From a virus (taxonomy: Duplodnaviria > Heunggongvirae > Uroviricota > Caudoviricetes), in the IMG/VR virus record IMGVR_UViG_3300021963_000033: 64,000 nt of DNA, one strand, 5' to 3'. Both the position numbers and the translations under genes were made by a program. The notes under the pieces are model-generated. The model worked only from the letters and a program-made list of their open reading frames with translations, was not told where the DNA came from and ran no database searches. Shown here piece by piece: positions 37,898 through 45,747 of this stretch (position 1 is its first letter; every line of letters starts with the position of its first letter).

Positions 37898-39901
37898 ATG
37901 GAACAAGAACAAAAACCAATCCGCGGAGAAGGAAAAGAGCAGCAATTGAATAAAATTGCTGCTGCAGTAAACATAGGTTCTGCGGTCGAGGCAAATAAAT
38001 CCTCTACTTCTGCTATGATTGGCACGTTCGCCAAACTCTTTAATCAGAATGCATTAGAGATTATCGATAATATCGAAGACAATCAAAAAGATCTCATCAA
38101 GAATATGGTCAATGAGATCACAAAACTGCAGACTAAAAATATCTCTGAATTTGAAAAAGCAATTGCCAAAGTGGTTGCGCTATCAGAAAAACTAGTGGAA
38201 ACAGGAAATCCTGCTCAACAAAAACTAGGAGAAGCTGTCAAGGGACAGGCTCAAGAAGAATTACTCAGGGCAAAAGGTATAACTCTTTCAGGCGAAAAAG
38301 ATACCTTTCTTAACAGAATGGGTAGAGAAGTCGGAATAAAGACTGACGAAGATCCTCTCGCAGCAAAAACTGGTGGAATCGGAAAGATCGCAAAAGGATT
38401 CTTAAGCGAGGCAAAAGGCGGTTTCATGATGGGTGCTGGTCCAGAAGAAGGTGGATTTTACGATAGAGTTTTCAGAACAGATGAAACTAAACGACAGAGA
38501 GAACTTTCTCGTAATGAAGAAAGAGTCTCCAATGAAACTAACGTAAGCGCGGAAGAACTGTTTAAGAAAACAATCGAAGAAATTCTTAATCAAAAAACAG
38601 AAGAAGCAAAAAATAGCGAAACTGATTCTAATGTTAGCAATGAAAACAATGTAACTTCTACTGTTCTAGAGAAATTAAGTGATATTACAGAAGAGCAGAA
38701 GAAGATACTACAAGAAAAGGGTATCGCGCCTGCCTCGGAAAACGATATTTCGTATAGAAAAGACGGGAAGGTTTTAAGTAAAGAAGAAGTTTTTGCTGCA
38801 CTGAAAGAAAGACCAACTACCAGTAGCGAATCCCAAGAAGATGCTGCTGGTGTTTCAAAAGACGCAAAGATAGAAGCATTTACGAGAATTGCTGAATCTT
38901 CAACCATTCTCCAAGAAAATTCAGGTGAATCCTTGGACATATTTAAGAAGATGCTCGAAAAGATGGATTATCTTGCCAAGTGGTTCGAGGATAATGGTTC
39001 AACACTGCTGTCTGGTTTTAATGCTGGCGGTTCAGGGGGCGGATTACTTGATACTCTTGGTGATGCTGGTGATTTGATTGGTAATAAAGGTTTTAAAAAA
39101 CTTGGAGGGTTCGCTCGCAAAGCTGGAGGATTTCTTTCTAAGAATGTCGGTAAACTTGGTGCAGTTGCTGCTGTCGGTATGGGAGCATATCAGGGTATTA
39201 CTGGATATAATGATGCCGCTGATCAGGAAGAAGCGCAAAACGCAGATATTGAAAATAAAGTAAAAAGTGGTGAAATTACACCACAGCAAGCAAAACAACT
39301 GAAAGAAGAAAACAAAAAATCAGCAACTGTTAACAAAGGAAAGGCAGTAGGTTCCGGTGCAGGAACTGCAATCGGTGCAATTGCTGGTGGCGCACTAGGT
39401 TCTCTTCTCGGTCCAGTCGGAACAGTCGCAGGTGGTGCTGCTGGCGCATGGTTGGGCGAAAAGGCAGGCGGTTGGTTGGGTGAAAAAGCAGGTGGACTGA
39501 TCAATTACTTCAGCGGTGATGATAAAACAAAAGCAACTGCAGAAAAACCGAAAGAAGGTGTGTTTTCTAAAATCGGTAATTTCGCTAAGGATAACAAAGG
39601 AGCATTGATTGGTGCTGCATTGGGTCCAGTCGGAATGGCGGGTGGAGCATTACTAGACATGCAAAGTAAGAAAACTGCAAAACCTGAAACTGGAAAAAAT
39701 GTTGACAGTTCTATTATCGAAGCAGGAACTGAAGCAACAAGAGATAAAATGAGAATTAATGTCCCACCACCAACAGTAATTCAACAAAATACCGGAACAT
39801 CTGCAGGGGGACCAACAATAACTGCGCCAGGGGGTGTCGCAAACGTTAGAACTGACGACCCGACTTGGTTAAGATTCCAGCAAAAAAGAGCAGTGGCATA
39901 A
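37898..39901 (+). CDS. tape-measure/gp29-like protein
   Basis: Helical, low-complexity 667-aa protein with Gly/Ala hydrophobic segments (GAIAGGALGSLLGPVGTVAGGAAGAWLG), following the gp26/gp51-like genes. Confidence 0.6.
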   Translation: MEQEQKPIRGEGKEQQLNKIAAAVNIGSAVEANKSSTSAMIGTFAKLFNQNALEIIDNIEDNQKDLIKNMVNEITKLQTKNISEFEKAIAKVVALSEKLVETGNPAQQKLGEAVKGQAQEELLRAKGITLSGEKDTFLNRMGREVGIKTDEDPLAAKTGGIGKIAKGFLSEAKGGFMMGAGPEEGGFYDRVFRTDETKRQRELSRNEERVSNETNVSAEELFKKTIEEILNQKTEEAKNSETDSNVSNENNVTSTVLEKLSDITEEQKKILQEKGIAPASENDISYRKDGKVLSKEEVFAALKERPTTSSESQEDAAGVSKDAKIEAFTRIAESSTILQENSGESLDIFKKMLEKMDYLAKWFEDNGSTLLSGFNAGGSGGGLLDTLGDAGDLIGNKGFKKLGGFARKAGGFLSKNVGKLGAVAAVGMGAYQGITGYNDAADQEEAQNADIENKVKSGEITPQQAKQLKEENKKSATVNKGKAVGSGAGTAIGAIAGGALGSLLGPVGTVAGGAAGAWLGEKAGGWLGEKAGGLINYFSGDDKTKATAEKPKEGVFSKIGNFAKDNKGALIGAALGPVGMAGGALLDMQSKKTAKPETGKNVDSSIIEAGTEATRDKMRINVPPPTVIQQNTGTSAGGPTITAPGGVANVRTDDPTWLRFQQKRAVA

Positions 39902-39906
39902 TGAAA

Positions 39907-39935
39907 TGGGGGAGCGAAACGCTCCCCCAAGTTTT
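39907..39935. terminator. intrinsic terminator between convergent operons
   Basis: TGGGGGAGCG-AAA-CGCTCCCCCA followed by AGTTTTT. Confidence 0.8.
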
Positions 39936-40858
39936 TAGTCATCAGCGAGACTCGAGAAGTAACTCATCGTGTCATCGTCACTGTCTTCTTTCCAAGGTGG
40001 ACTGTCATCTGTTGCCTTGGCAGCAGGTGCATTACGCATCTTAGTTTCAACGAACAGTTCATCTTCAGCATCAAGAGGATTAACCTTCTCAGCAGTTGCC
40101 ATACGAGAACCGCCTGTGAGAACAGCATTCATCTTCGCCTTCAGTTCATCATATGACTTGAAGTTCGAAGGATCCAGGAAAGTGGCAAGCGAATGCGCAT
40201 TCTTCCAGACCTGCTCCAACTTATCTTCATCCTCATCAAGAGGTGTTGGACCATCGAATTCTGACTTATCGTAGTTACGATAACCTTCAACCTGACGAAT
40301 GCGCAACTTGAAGTTAGCACCTTCCCAAAGGTCGAATGGGTTGACTGGTTTTTCATCTTCAAAGGTTGGTTGCATCACATCCTTGATCTTGTCAAAGATT
40401 TTCTTACCATACTTATAGAGGAATACCTTACCTTCATTCTCAGGATTTGCGGGATCGCGAATCACTAGAACGTTGGAGATGTAGGAAAGACGACGCTTTT
40501 GTTTACGAGCGATTTCCTTATTCGCTTCGATACCTGAGTTCCAAAGTTCGGAATTCAGTTCGCCGACTGGATCTGGTTTATTGATTGTGGTCAACGAGTT
40601 TTCGATATACCACTTTCCAGTTGGACCCTGGAAACCATGATCAAAAACGCGAACCCAAGGAAGTTCTTCACCAGCGGGTGCAGGAAGAAAGCGAAGTACT
40701 GCTTGACCATTGCCTGCCTTGTCGACAGTTGGTTTCCAGAAGCGATCGTCGTCGCCACGCTTTTCATTTGATGGGTTTGCGATTGACTCAACTGCCTTCA
40801 TGAGTGAGTCGAAGTTTCCGCGATTCTTGCGGAGTTCTGATAGTGAATTAATTGACAT
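39935..40858 (-). CDS. gp32: single-stranded DNA-binding protein gp32
   Basis: DDRFWKPTVDKAGNG.AVLRFLPAP, HGFQGPTGKWYIENSLTT, YKYGKKIFDKI, acidic tail DDDTMSYFSSLADD. Confidence 0.95.
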   Translation of the reverse strand: MSINSLSELRKNRGNFDSLMKAVESIANPSNEKRGDDDRFWKPTVDKAGNGQAVLRFLPAPAGEELPWVRVFDHGFQGPTGKWYIENSLTTINKPDPVGELNSELWNSGIEANKEIARKQKRRLSYISNVLVIRDPANPENEGKVFLYKYGKKIFDKIKDVMQPTFEDEKPVNPFDLWEGANFKLRIRQVEGYRNYDKSEFDGPTPLDEDEDKLEQVWKNAHSLATFLDPSNFKSYDELKAKMNAVLTGGSRMATAEKVNPLDAEDELFVETKMRNAPAAKATDDSPPWKEDSDDDTMSYFSSLADD

Positions 40859-40887
40859 ATGTATTGTCCTTATATTTGCGTTGTATG

Positions 40888-41052
40888 TTAGTATTTGCGA
40901 TTTGTATCATAATCATCGTAGTCGTCATCATCATGACTACTAGAGTATTTATACAAGTTTTTACGGTGCTTATTTGTTTTGTCAACACCCTTGCGTACTT
41001 CTTTTACTCTTGGTTCAGAACCATAGTAATCTTTACTTCTTGAATTGCTCAT
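40888..41052 (-). CDS. small hypothetical protein (basic N-terminus, Asp-rich C-terminus)
   Basis: MSNSRSKDYYGSEPRVKEVRKG...HDDDDYDDYD. TAATG coupling to gp59. Confidence 0.6.
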   Translation of the reverse strand: MSNSRSKDYYGSEPRVKEVRKGVDKTNKHRKNLYKYSSSHDDDDYDDYDTNRKY

Positions 41053-41654
41053 TAACAGACCATTTGACCTTTCTCGTTGATCCATAGTTGAGAGAATTTC
41101 GCCTTATCGAAACGAACGAATGGGCGATACTTACTTATCAAAAGATTTAAATCATTCCAGATAAAATCATTCAACAATTCAGTATTTACATTATACCTGA
41201 AATCTAGTAGTTTGTCAAGTATAATAACTGTTTCTAGTGAAATTTTATTGCCCAACAACATCCTAATTACTATTGGATGTTGTTTATCATATGAAACCAG
41301 AGGGTCTTGCTCTGCCTTCTCTGCTTCTAGGAGCAAGCGACTAATATCGTCTGCGAACATGTAAGATAATCTATCTTGTCTACCTTTCCACTTTTCATAG
41401 ATGTCATCAGAATCTGCACTAAAGATGCCGCCGTTCTTATCTCCTGCTGCAAAGTTTGCAACAAAGTAGTTGATAATTTCTTGACGAGCGACGAACTTCT
41501 TCGCCAGTTTCCTGAATAGGAAAACATCTCTCCGTTTTAAGAAGGCAGATTCTGATGACTTGACAGCACCTTTAGTAACGGTGATGTCATATGTTGGAGT
41601 AGTAAAGTGTAGTTTAAGTGCCATGTAGAGGCGATAAACTTCATATGCTTCCAT
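41052..41654 (-). CDS. gp59: helicase loader gp59
   Basis: YRLYMALKLHFT...YD, F.KRRD..LF.KLAKK, YFVANF, ISLETVIILD. Confidence 0.88.
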   Translation of the reverse strand: MEAYEVYRLYMALKLHFTTPTYDITVTKGAVKSSESAFLKRRDVFLFRKLAKKFVARQEIINYFVANFAAGDKNGGIFSADSDDIYEKWKGRQDRLSYMFADDISRLLLEAEKAEQDPLVSYDKQHPIVIRMLLGNKISLETVIILDKLLDFRYNVNTELLNDFIWNDLNLLISKYRPFVRFDKAKFSQLWINEKGQMVC

Positions 41655-41923
41655 TAAAGTGGTAATTTCCCGCCAGATTTACGCTTTAGCATATTTAGTT
41701 CTTCTGCTTCTGCTCTAATCTTTTCTTTAAGGGAAGTGGTGAGTAAAACAGCAACTGACTCCATCTCAATATCTTTTTTGACACAATAGTCAAGAAGAAT
41801 ATCCAAACAGGGAATACCATTCTCGAATGATTGTTTCTCTATGAATTGAGAGAACTCAGTTGCTGAATTATACTCTTTTGTAATTAAAAATTCATTGGTT
41901 ACTTCAGAACCATCCATTACCAT
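41654..41923 (-). CDS. gp33: late transcription coactivator gp33
   Basis: FSQFIEK...LDILLDYC...IEMESVA.LL..SLKEKIRAEAEELNML. Confidence 0.88.
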   Translation of the reverse strand: MVMDGSEVTNEFLITKEYNSATEFSQFIEKQSFENGIPCLDILLDYCVKKDIEMESVAVLLTTSLKEKIRAEAEELNMLKRKSGGKLPL

Positions 41924-41934
41924 GTTCAAAGTTA

Positions 41935-42540
41935 TTATCCTGCATAAAAAATGTGATCACCGATTTTCGCAACACGCCTCAAGTTCCATCTTGGATTTAC
42001 ATAATCCGCATGGTAGAATAGCACGTTACGTCCAAGTATACCCTGATTTGCCCCAGAAAGCAATACTTTTTCAGCAACTTTTTTAGATTCTGAATATTGC
42101 TGGGCACTGCGCACGCTCTTATTACCTTCGCATACCCACGAGAACTGGCAAACACGCTTAGTTCTCTGATATACGACTGCGCATACAGACTTCGGGAATT
42201 TGGGACTTTTTACGCGATTGATAGTTACTGCAGCAACCGCCAACTTACCTTGAGTTGACTGGTTTCCTGCTTCGTAGTAAATATTGTCTGCTAGACATTT
42301 TAATTCGCGATTATTTGCTAAGTGTATATTTTGGGTTTCAATTTTTCTTAGCGCGACTTTCTTTTTTTCTTCTGCCGCATCTTCTTTAATCTCTTGGATT
42401 ACTTCTACAAAGCCGAGGGAATATTCCCTCGTATCTCTCTCGATAGCATCTTCAGCATATGAATTGATTCCATATAAACTATATACTAATACTGTAAAAA
42501 TCGAAAGAAACTTGAAAAACTTCTTGTTAAAGGAAGTCAT
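41935..42540 (-). CDS. SleB/Hydrolase_2 cell-wall hydrolase with N-terminal hydrophobic signal
   Basis: CLADNIYYEAGNQ...GKLAVAAVTINRV....FP..VC.VVYQ...CQFSW, FYHADYVNPRW, IGDHIFY. Confidence 0.9.
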   Translation of the reverse strand: MTSFNKKFFKFLSIFTVLVYSLYGINSYAEDAIERDTREYSLGFVEVIQEIKEDAAEEKKKVALRKIETQNIHLANNRELKCLADNIYYEAGNQSTQGKLAVAAVTINRVKSPKFPKSVCAVVYQRTKRVCQFSWVCEGNKSVRSAQQYSESKKVAEKVLLSGANQGILGRNVLFYHADYVNPRWNLRRVAKIGDHIFYAG

Positions 42541-42611
42541 CTTATTTCCTAATACTTGTTAAACTTGAGAGGGTATTATCCAGTGACTCCCCACACTGGT
42601 TGCCCGAAGAC

Positions 42612-42658
42612 AAAAAAACCCACTATGCGTGCTTTTTCAAGTAGAGGCGTAGTGGGTT
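42612..42658 (-). terminator. intrinsic terminator downstream of tmRNA
   Basis: AACCCACTACGC...GCATAGTGGGTT stem followed by a T7 run on the minus strand. Confidence 0.75.
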
Positions 42659-42665
42659 ATGCAAA

Positions 42666-42673
42666 TATTTATA
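42666..42673 (-). promoter_or_regulatory. late promoter TATAAATA
   Basis: Exact consensus, 7 nt upstream of the terminator hairpin. Confidence 0.6.
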
Positions 42674-42679
42674 AGCATA

Positions 42680-43086
42680 GAACCGCAGCGAAACTCGGTC
42701 CACCCGTTTAATCGAACGGTTGATAGTTTTATTCTGTTTCGAGGAAAAACTATCAAAAACCCAATGCTAGCTTAAGCAGCTAGAGCAAAGGCAACGTTAT
42801 CGTTTGCATTTACATTTAGTGGCGCTTTGCCAGTCAATCAGTCTCGGTATTCCTATTACACGAAAATCGAATTCCAAGGTCACCCCCATCATCATCCATC
42901 ACGTTAGGTATCTCCTTGCGCTAGGAGACCTTGTCACAAACCAAATTTACCGTTATGCGCACTCACGAATAAACTAGTATGCCACGGCTGCACTGAAATG
43001 CACCACCGAGGTGATGAATGATGGTGGAGGTGGGGGGAGTCGAACCCCCGTCTTTCCGCTTTTATTGTCAACTGTCATCAACTGAT
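42680..43086 (-). ncRNA. ssrA: circularly permuted (two-piece) tmRNA
   Basis: The acceptor piece ends GACGGGGGTTCGACTCCCCCCACCTCCACCA (3' end at 43022). The coding piece starts GGGGGTGACCTTGGAATTCGA at 42887. The acceptor stem GGGGGTG/CACCTCC has G3-U70. The tag frame at 42807-42772 reads ANDNVAFALAA*. Outer ends are approximate. Confidence 0.93.
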
Positions 43087-43090
43087 AATC

Positions 43091-43121
43091 TATTTATACT
43101 ATAGATTCTTTTAGAAGTCAA
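43091..43121 (-). promoter_or_regulatory. composite sigma70 and late promoter for tmRNA
   Basis: TTGACT(43121-43116)-17 bp-TATAAA, whose -10 box is part of an exact TATAAATA (43098-43091). Confidence 0.75.
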
Positions 43122-43126
43122 GTGTT

Positions 43127-43300
43127 TTATGCTTCCCACGGAAGTTTTTTTCCTACCGACCCCCATTTACCAATAGGGCAGGATGCACGATTTAGTTTAG
43201 TTTTTGCGGGCATGAGACAACCGCATTTCATGCACAGTTTTGCTTTTAAAAACTCACACTGTCTACAAATTTCCATCCGTTGTTCGGACAGTTCACTCAC
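43127..43300 (-). CDS. small Cys-rich (zinc-binding) protein
   Basis: RMEICRQCEFL...CMKCGCLMPAKTKL..ASCPIGKW. The GTG start overlaps the exonuclease stop. Confidence 0.7.
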   Translation of the reverse strand: MSELSEQRMEICRQCEFLKAKLCMKCGCLMPAKTKLNRASCPIGKWGSVGKKLPWEA

Positions 43301-43976
43301 TGGTATAATACCCATTTTCATAATAGTCGCGAGTGCGAAGAAGTTTCTTCACCCAGTCGTCGCGCTTTTCGATGAATACCTGAGGAACATCATCTTCAAC
43401 TGCGATTAGAATTACCAACCATGGAACAGGAATCCCAGTACGTTCTTCATACATGATAGCATATGCTGCCGTCTGCATGAAGTAACTCTCAATGTATGAT
43501 TTTGACTTCGGTTTATTTGAAGTCTTAAAATCGATAACAGCACGTTTACCGTTATACTCAGCAATACAGTCGACGCGACCTGCCATACGCAGATGATCAC
43601 TGTAAAGTGCAAGTTCCTGGCAATGAATGTTACTGATTGGATCTAAGATAGATTTGAATTTGTTGAACATCTCGACGTCGAGCATCGATGCTTTGACTTC
43701 ATCAATCTTGTCGCTTACGTTTTCGTTTTTGAGATACGTTTCAGTTAGTGTGTGGATCTTAGTTCCGCGAGTTGATGCTTGTCTGGAAATCTTATCCGCT
43801 TCTTCTTCGCCAACACGCTTTCGCCAAGCAGCGATAGAGTCGCGAGAAAGAACACCAAGAACGGTGGTGGCAGAGGGATATGCAGCGCCACTGGCATTTA
43901 CATAAACTCTACCACCATCTTCGCTCGTAGTTGATTGGGCAAAATCTTCATAATCATATATCGTTTCAAACATCAT
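43293..43976 (-). CDS. PD-(D/E)XK exonuclease
   Basis: YPSATTVL, RGTKIH, AGRVDCIAEY.G...VIDFKTS, YFMQTAAYA. Confidence 0.9.
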   Translation of the reverse strand: MMFETIYDYEDFAQSTTSEDGGRVYVNASGAAYPSATTVLGVLSRDSIAAWRKRVGEEEADKISRQASTRGTKIHTLTETYLKNENVSDKIDEVKASMLDVEMFNKFKSILDPISNIHCQELALYSDHLRMAGRVDCIAEYNGKRAVIDFKTSNKPKSKSYIESYFMQTAAYAIMYEERTGIPVPWLVILIAVEDDVPQVFIEKRDDWVKKLLRTRDYYENGYYTSE

Positions 43977-43982
43977 AAATCC

Positions 43983-44010
43983 ATTATACTATAATTGACA
44001 GAAAAGTCAA
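43983..44010 (-). promoter_or_regulatory. sigma70-like promoter
   Basis: TTGACT-16 bp-TATAAT upstream of the exonuclease. Confidence 0.6.
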
Positions 44011-44014
44011 GCCC

Positions 44015-44767
44015 CTAATTATGTTTTTCTTCGTATTCTAAACGAGCAAGGATATATTCCTTGACAAGTTTTGACCTAACAATATCATTCACGGAAAATT
44101 CAACCGTCTTAAATGATGGCATCATGTCAGCAATTGCGATAAACTTTTGCAACCCTGACATGTCGTTCTTTTTATTTAGGTCGGTCTGGCGGAAGTCTCC
44201 ACAGAAGATAATCTTGGAGTTCTTACCGATACGAGTCATAATAGAGTTGAGTTCCATGTCAGTCATGTTCTGACATTCGTCAACGATTATGATTGAGTTA
44301 TCAAGTGTGATACCACGCACGAACGAGGTGATTAGGAAATGAACGGTCTTTTGTTCCTGCATGCGCTGGAAGGGTTGGATGTGATTGAACAAGTCATCAC
44401 AGATCTCAACATATGGTAAAGTATAGACCTCTGTTTTTTCCTTCTCGTCACCTGGAAGGTGTCCGATATCTCTTGATGGTACTGCTGAACGCACGACAAC
44501 CACACGTTCATAGTCTGTTGTTTGATCAAGTACTTCTTCAAGTGCTTTATACATGGAAATAAAAGTTTTTCCTGTTCCTGCTACCCCATGTAGTAGCATC
44601 GCAGTGGACTGTTGGTTGTAAAGATCGAAAAAGAGTCGTTGGTTTTGTGTCTTTGGTTGAATGTGTTTTAGATCAGAATGTTTTACTTTGCACAGTTTAC
44701 TCTTTTCAATTGTTACTTTTGGTTCAGAATTCGTTACAACTTGGAGGTTGTTTTTTCTTCTTGTCAT
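44015..44767 (-). CDS. phoH: PhoH-family ATPase
   Basis: GVAGTGKT, RSAV...DIGHLPG, SFVRGITLDNSIIIVDECQN, TRIG...GDFRQTDL. Confidence 0.95.
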   Translation of the reverse strand: MTRRKNNLQVVTNSEPKVTIEKSKLCKVKHSDLKHIQPKTQNQRLFFDLYNQQSTAMLLHGVAGTGKTFISMYKALEEVLDQTTDYERVVVVRSAVPSRDIGHLPGDEKEKTEVYTLPYVEICDDLFNHIQPFQRMQEQKTVHFLITSFVRGITLDNSIIIVDECQNMTDMELNSIMTRIGKNSKIIFCGDFRQTDLNKKNDMSGLQKFIAIADMMPSFKTVEFSVNDIVRSKLVKEYILARLEYEEKHN

Positions 44768-44902
44768 AAACAGTCCTTAATCTTATCTAGAGTGAATACA
44801 AAAATGGCGACGCCACACATGGTGGAATCGCCCATTGTTACCGAGTGAGTTCGGTATCTGAAATTGGAATAGGGATTGGTTTTAAACTCATACAAGTATT
44901 TA

Positions 44903-45442
44903 TTAAACTGCGTCGCTCCACCACTCTGGAACCGGACGATTTTTCCACTTTGCCATAGTTTTTTTCGCGCCGATATAATAGTTCCGATACGAAACAACTG
45001 AGCAAGGATCTTTGTATTCATCGGGCATAGCAGGAGTCGGTTGCGTAAAATACCCCACAGGAATATTAGCAGGTGGTTTACGTAACCAGTATACTAGGCG
45101 ATCAGTCGCATGAATCTTACCATAACGGTAAGTATATTCCTGTAGGAGATCTTGCAACAAACACATCAACCAATTATAATTATTGTTAGACTGCCGAACC
45201 CAAATAGCACTAGGATGATTAATATGCGATGCCTTGTAAAGCATATTCTCCATATTATCATCGTTAAGGCGCCAACGCTTTATGCGTCGACCAGAAGATG
45301 CATCAATATACTCTTTACCATCGAGCATACGATGTGCTGTTGACAATAATTGGGCATACTCCAAAATCATTTTAACGACGTGCTTATCATTGTGATATGT
45401 AGCACAAGTTTTAACGTCGCGGTCAAGGTAAAAAATATTCAT
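44903..45442 (-). CDS. pyrimidine-dimer DNA glycosylase/endonuclease V-like
   Basis: MNIFYLD...CA.YHNDKHVVKMILEYAQLLSTAHR, HINHPSAIWVR, YRNYY...K. Confidence 0.85.
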   Translation of the reverse strand: MNIFYLDRDVKTCATYHNDKHVVKMILEYAQLLSTAHRMLDGKEYIDASSGRRIKRWRLNDDNMENMLYKASHINHPSAIWVRQSNNNYNWLMCLLQDLLQEYTYRYGKIHATDRLVYWLRKPPANIPVGYFTQPTPAMPDEYKDPCSVVSYRNYYIGAKKTMAKWKNRPVPEWWSDAV

Positions 45443-45448
45443 AATATA

Positions 45449-45736
45449 TCAGTTCTCAAGTTTAAAGGGAATTTCCTCAATCGACTTACGAATGCATTCG
45501 AGATGCGCTTTCGTAGTATTAGAAATATACTCTGAATCTAGGCAAAAGTCAATAGATTTTATAACATCAACGGGATCCATTTTGATAAGACCCTCGACTG
45601 TTATACGCTCAGAAGTTTCGCCGAATGCATTGACGCAAAAGATAACAATGTTGACATCCATGTCAGTATACAGTGGTATCCGATACAACCGCTTACTGTT
45701 AACAAACTTATCGGGAAATTTAAGTATATCCGCCAT
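45449..45736 (-). CDS. hypothetical protein
   Basis: Clean ORF with AATAAATA at 45742-45749 upstream. Confidence 0.55.
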   Translation of the reverse strand: MADILKFPDKFVNSKRLYRIPLYTDMDVNIVIFCVNAFGETSERITVEGLIKMDPVDVIKSIDFCLDSEYISNTTKAHLECIRKSIEEIPFKLEN

Positions 45737-45747
45737 GTTCTTATTTA

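Noticed and set aside
1034-39929. Identical ATGAAATGGGGG flank on the two G/C terminator hairpins (1066 minus and 39901 plus)
   Set aside because: Only two short occurrences, and they are explainable by a shared terminator style. No evidence of a mobile element or att site.
43022-43052. tRNA-like T-arm with a CCA end
   Set aside because: There is no D or anticodon arm upstream. The matching 5' strand lies downstream at 42887, so this is the acceptor piece of a permuted tmRNA, not a tRNA.
43293-43976. Cas4/CRISPR interpretation of the exonuclease
   Set aside because: There is no array or other cas gene, and no four-Cys Fe-S motif. This is a routine T4-like PD-(D/E)XK exonuclease.
44764-45021. 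85-aa ORF from the track as a real gene
   Set aside because: It overlaps the glycosylase 3' end by ~120 nt and has no SD. At most its 3' part is a remnant (see the phoH leader finding).
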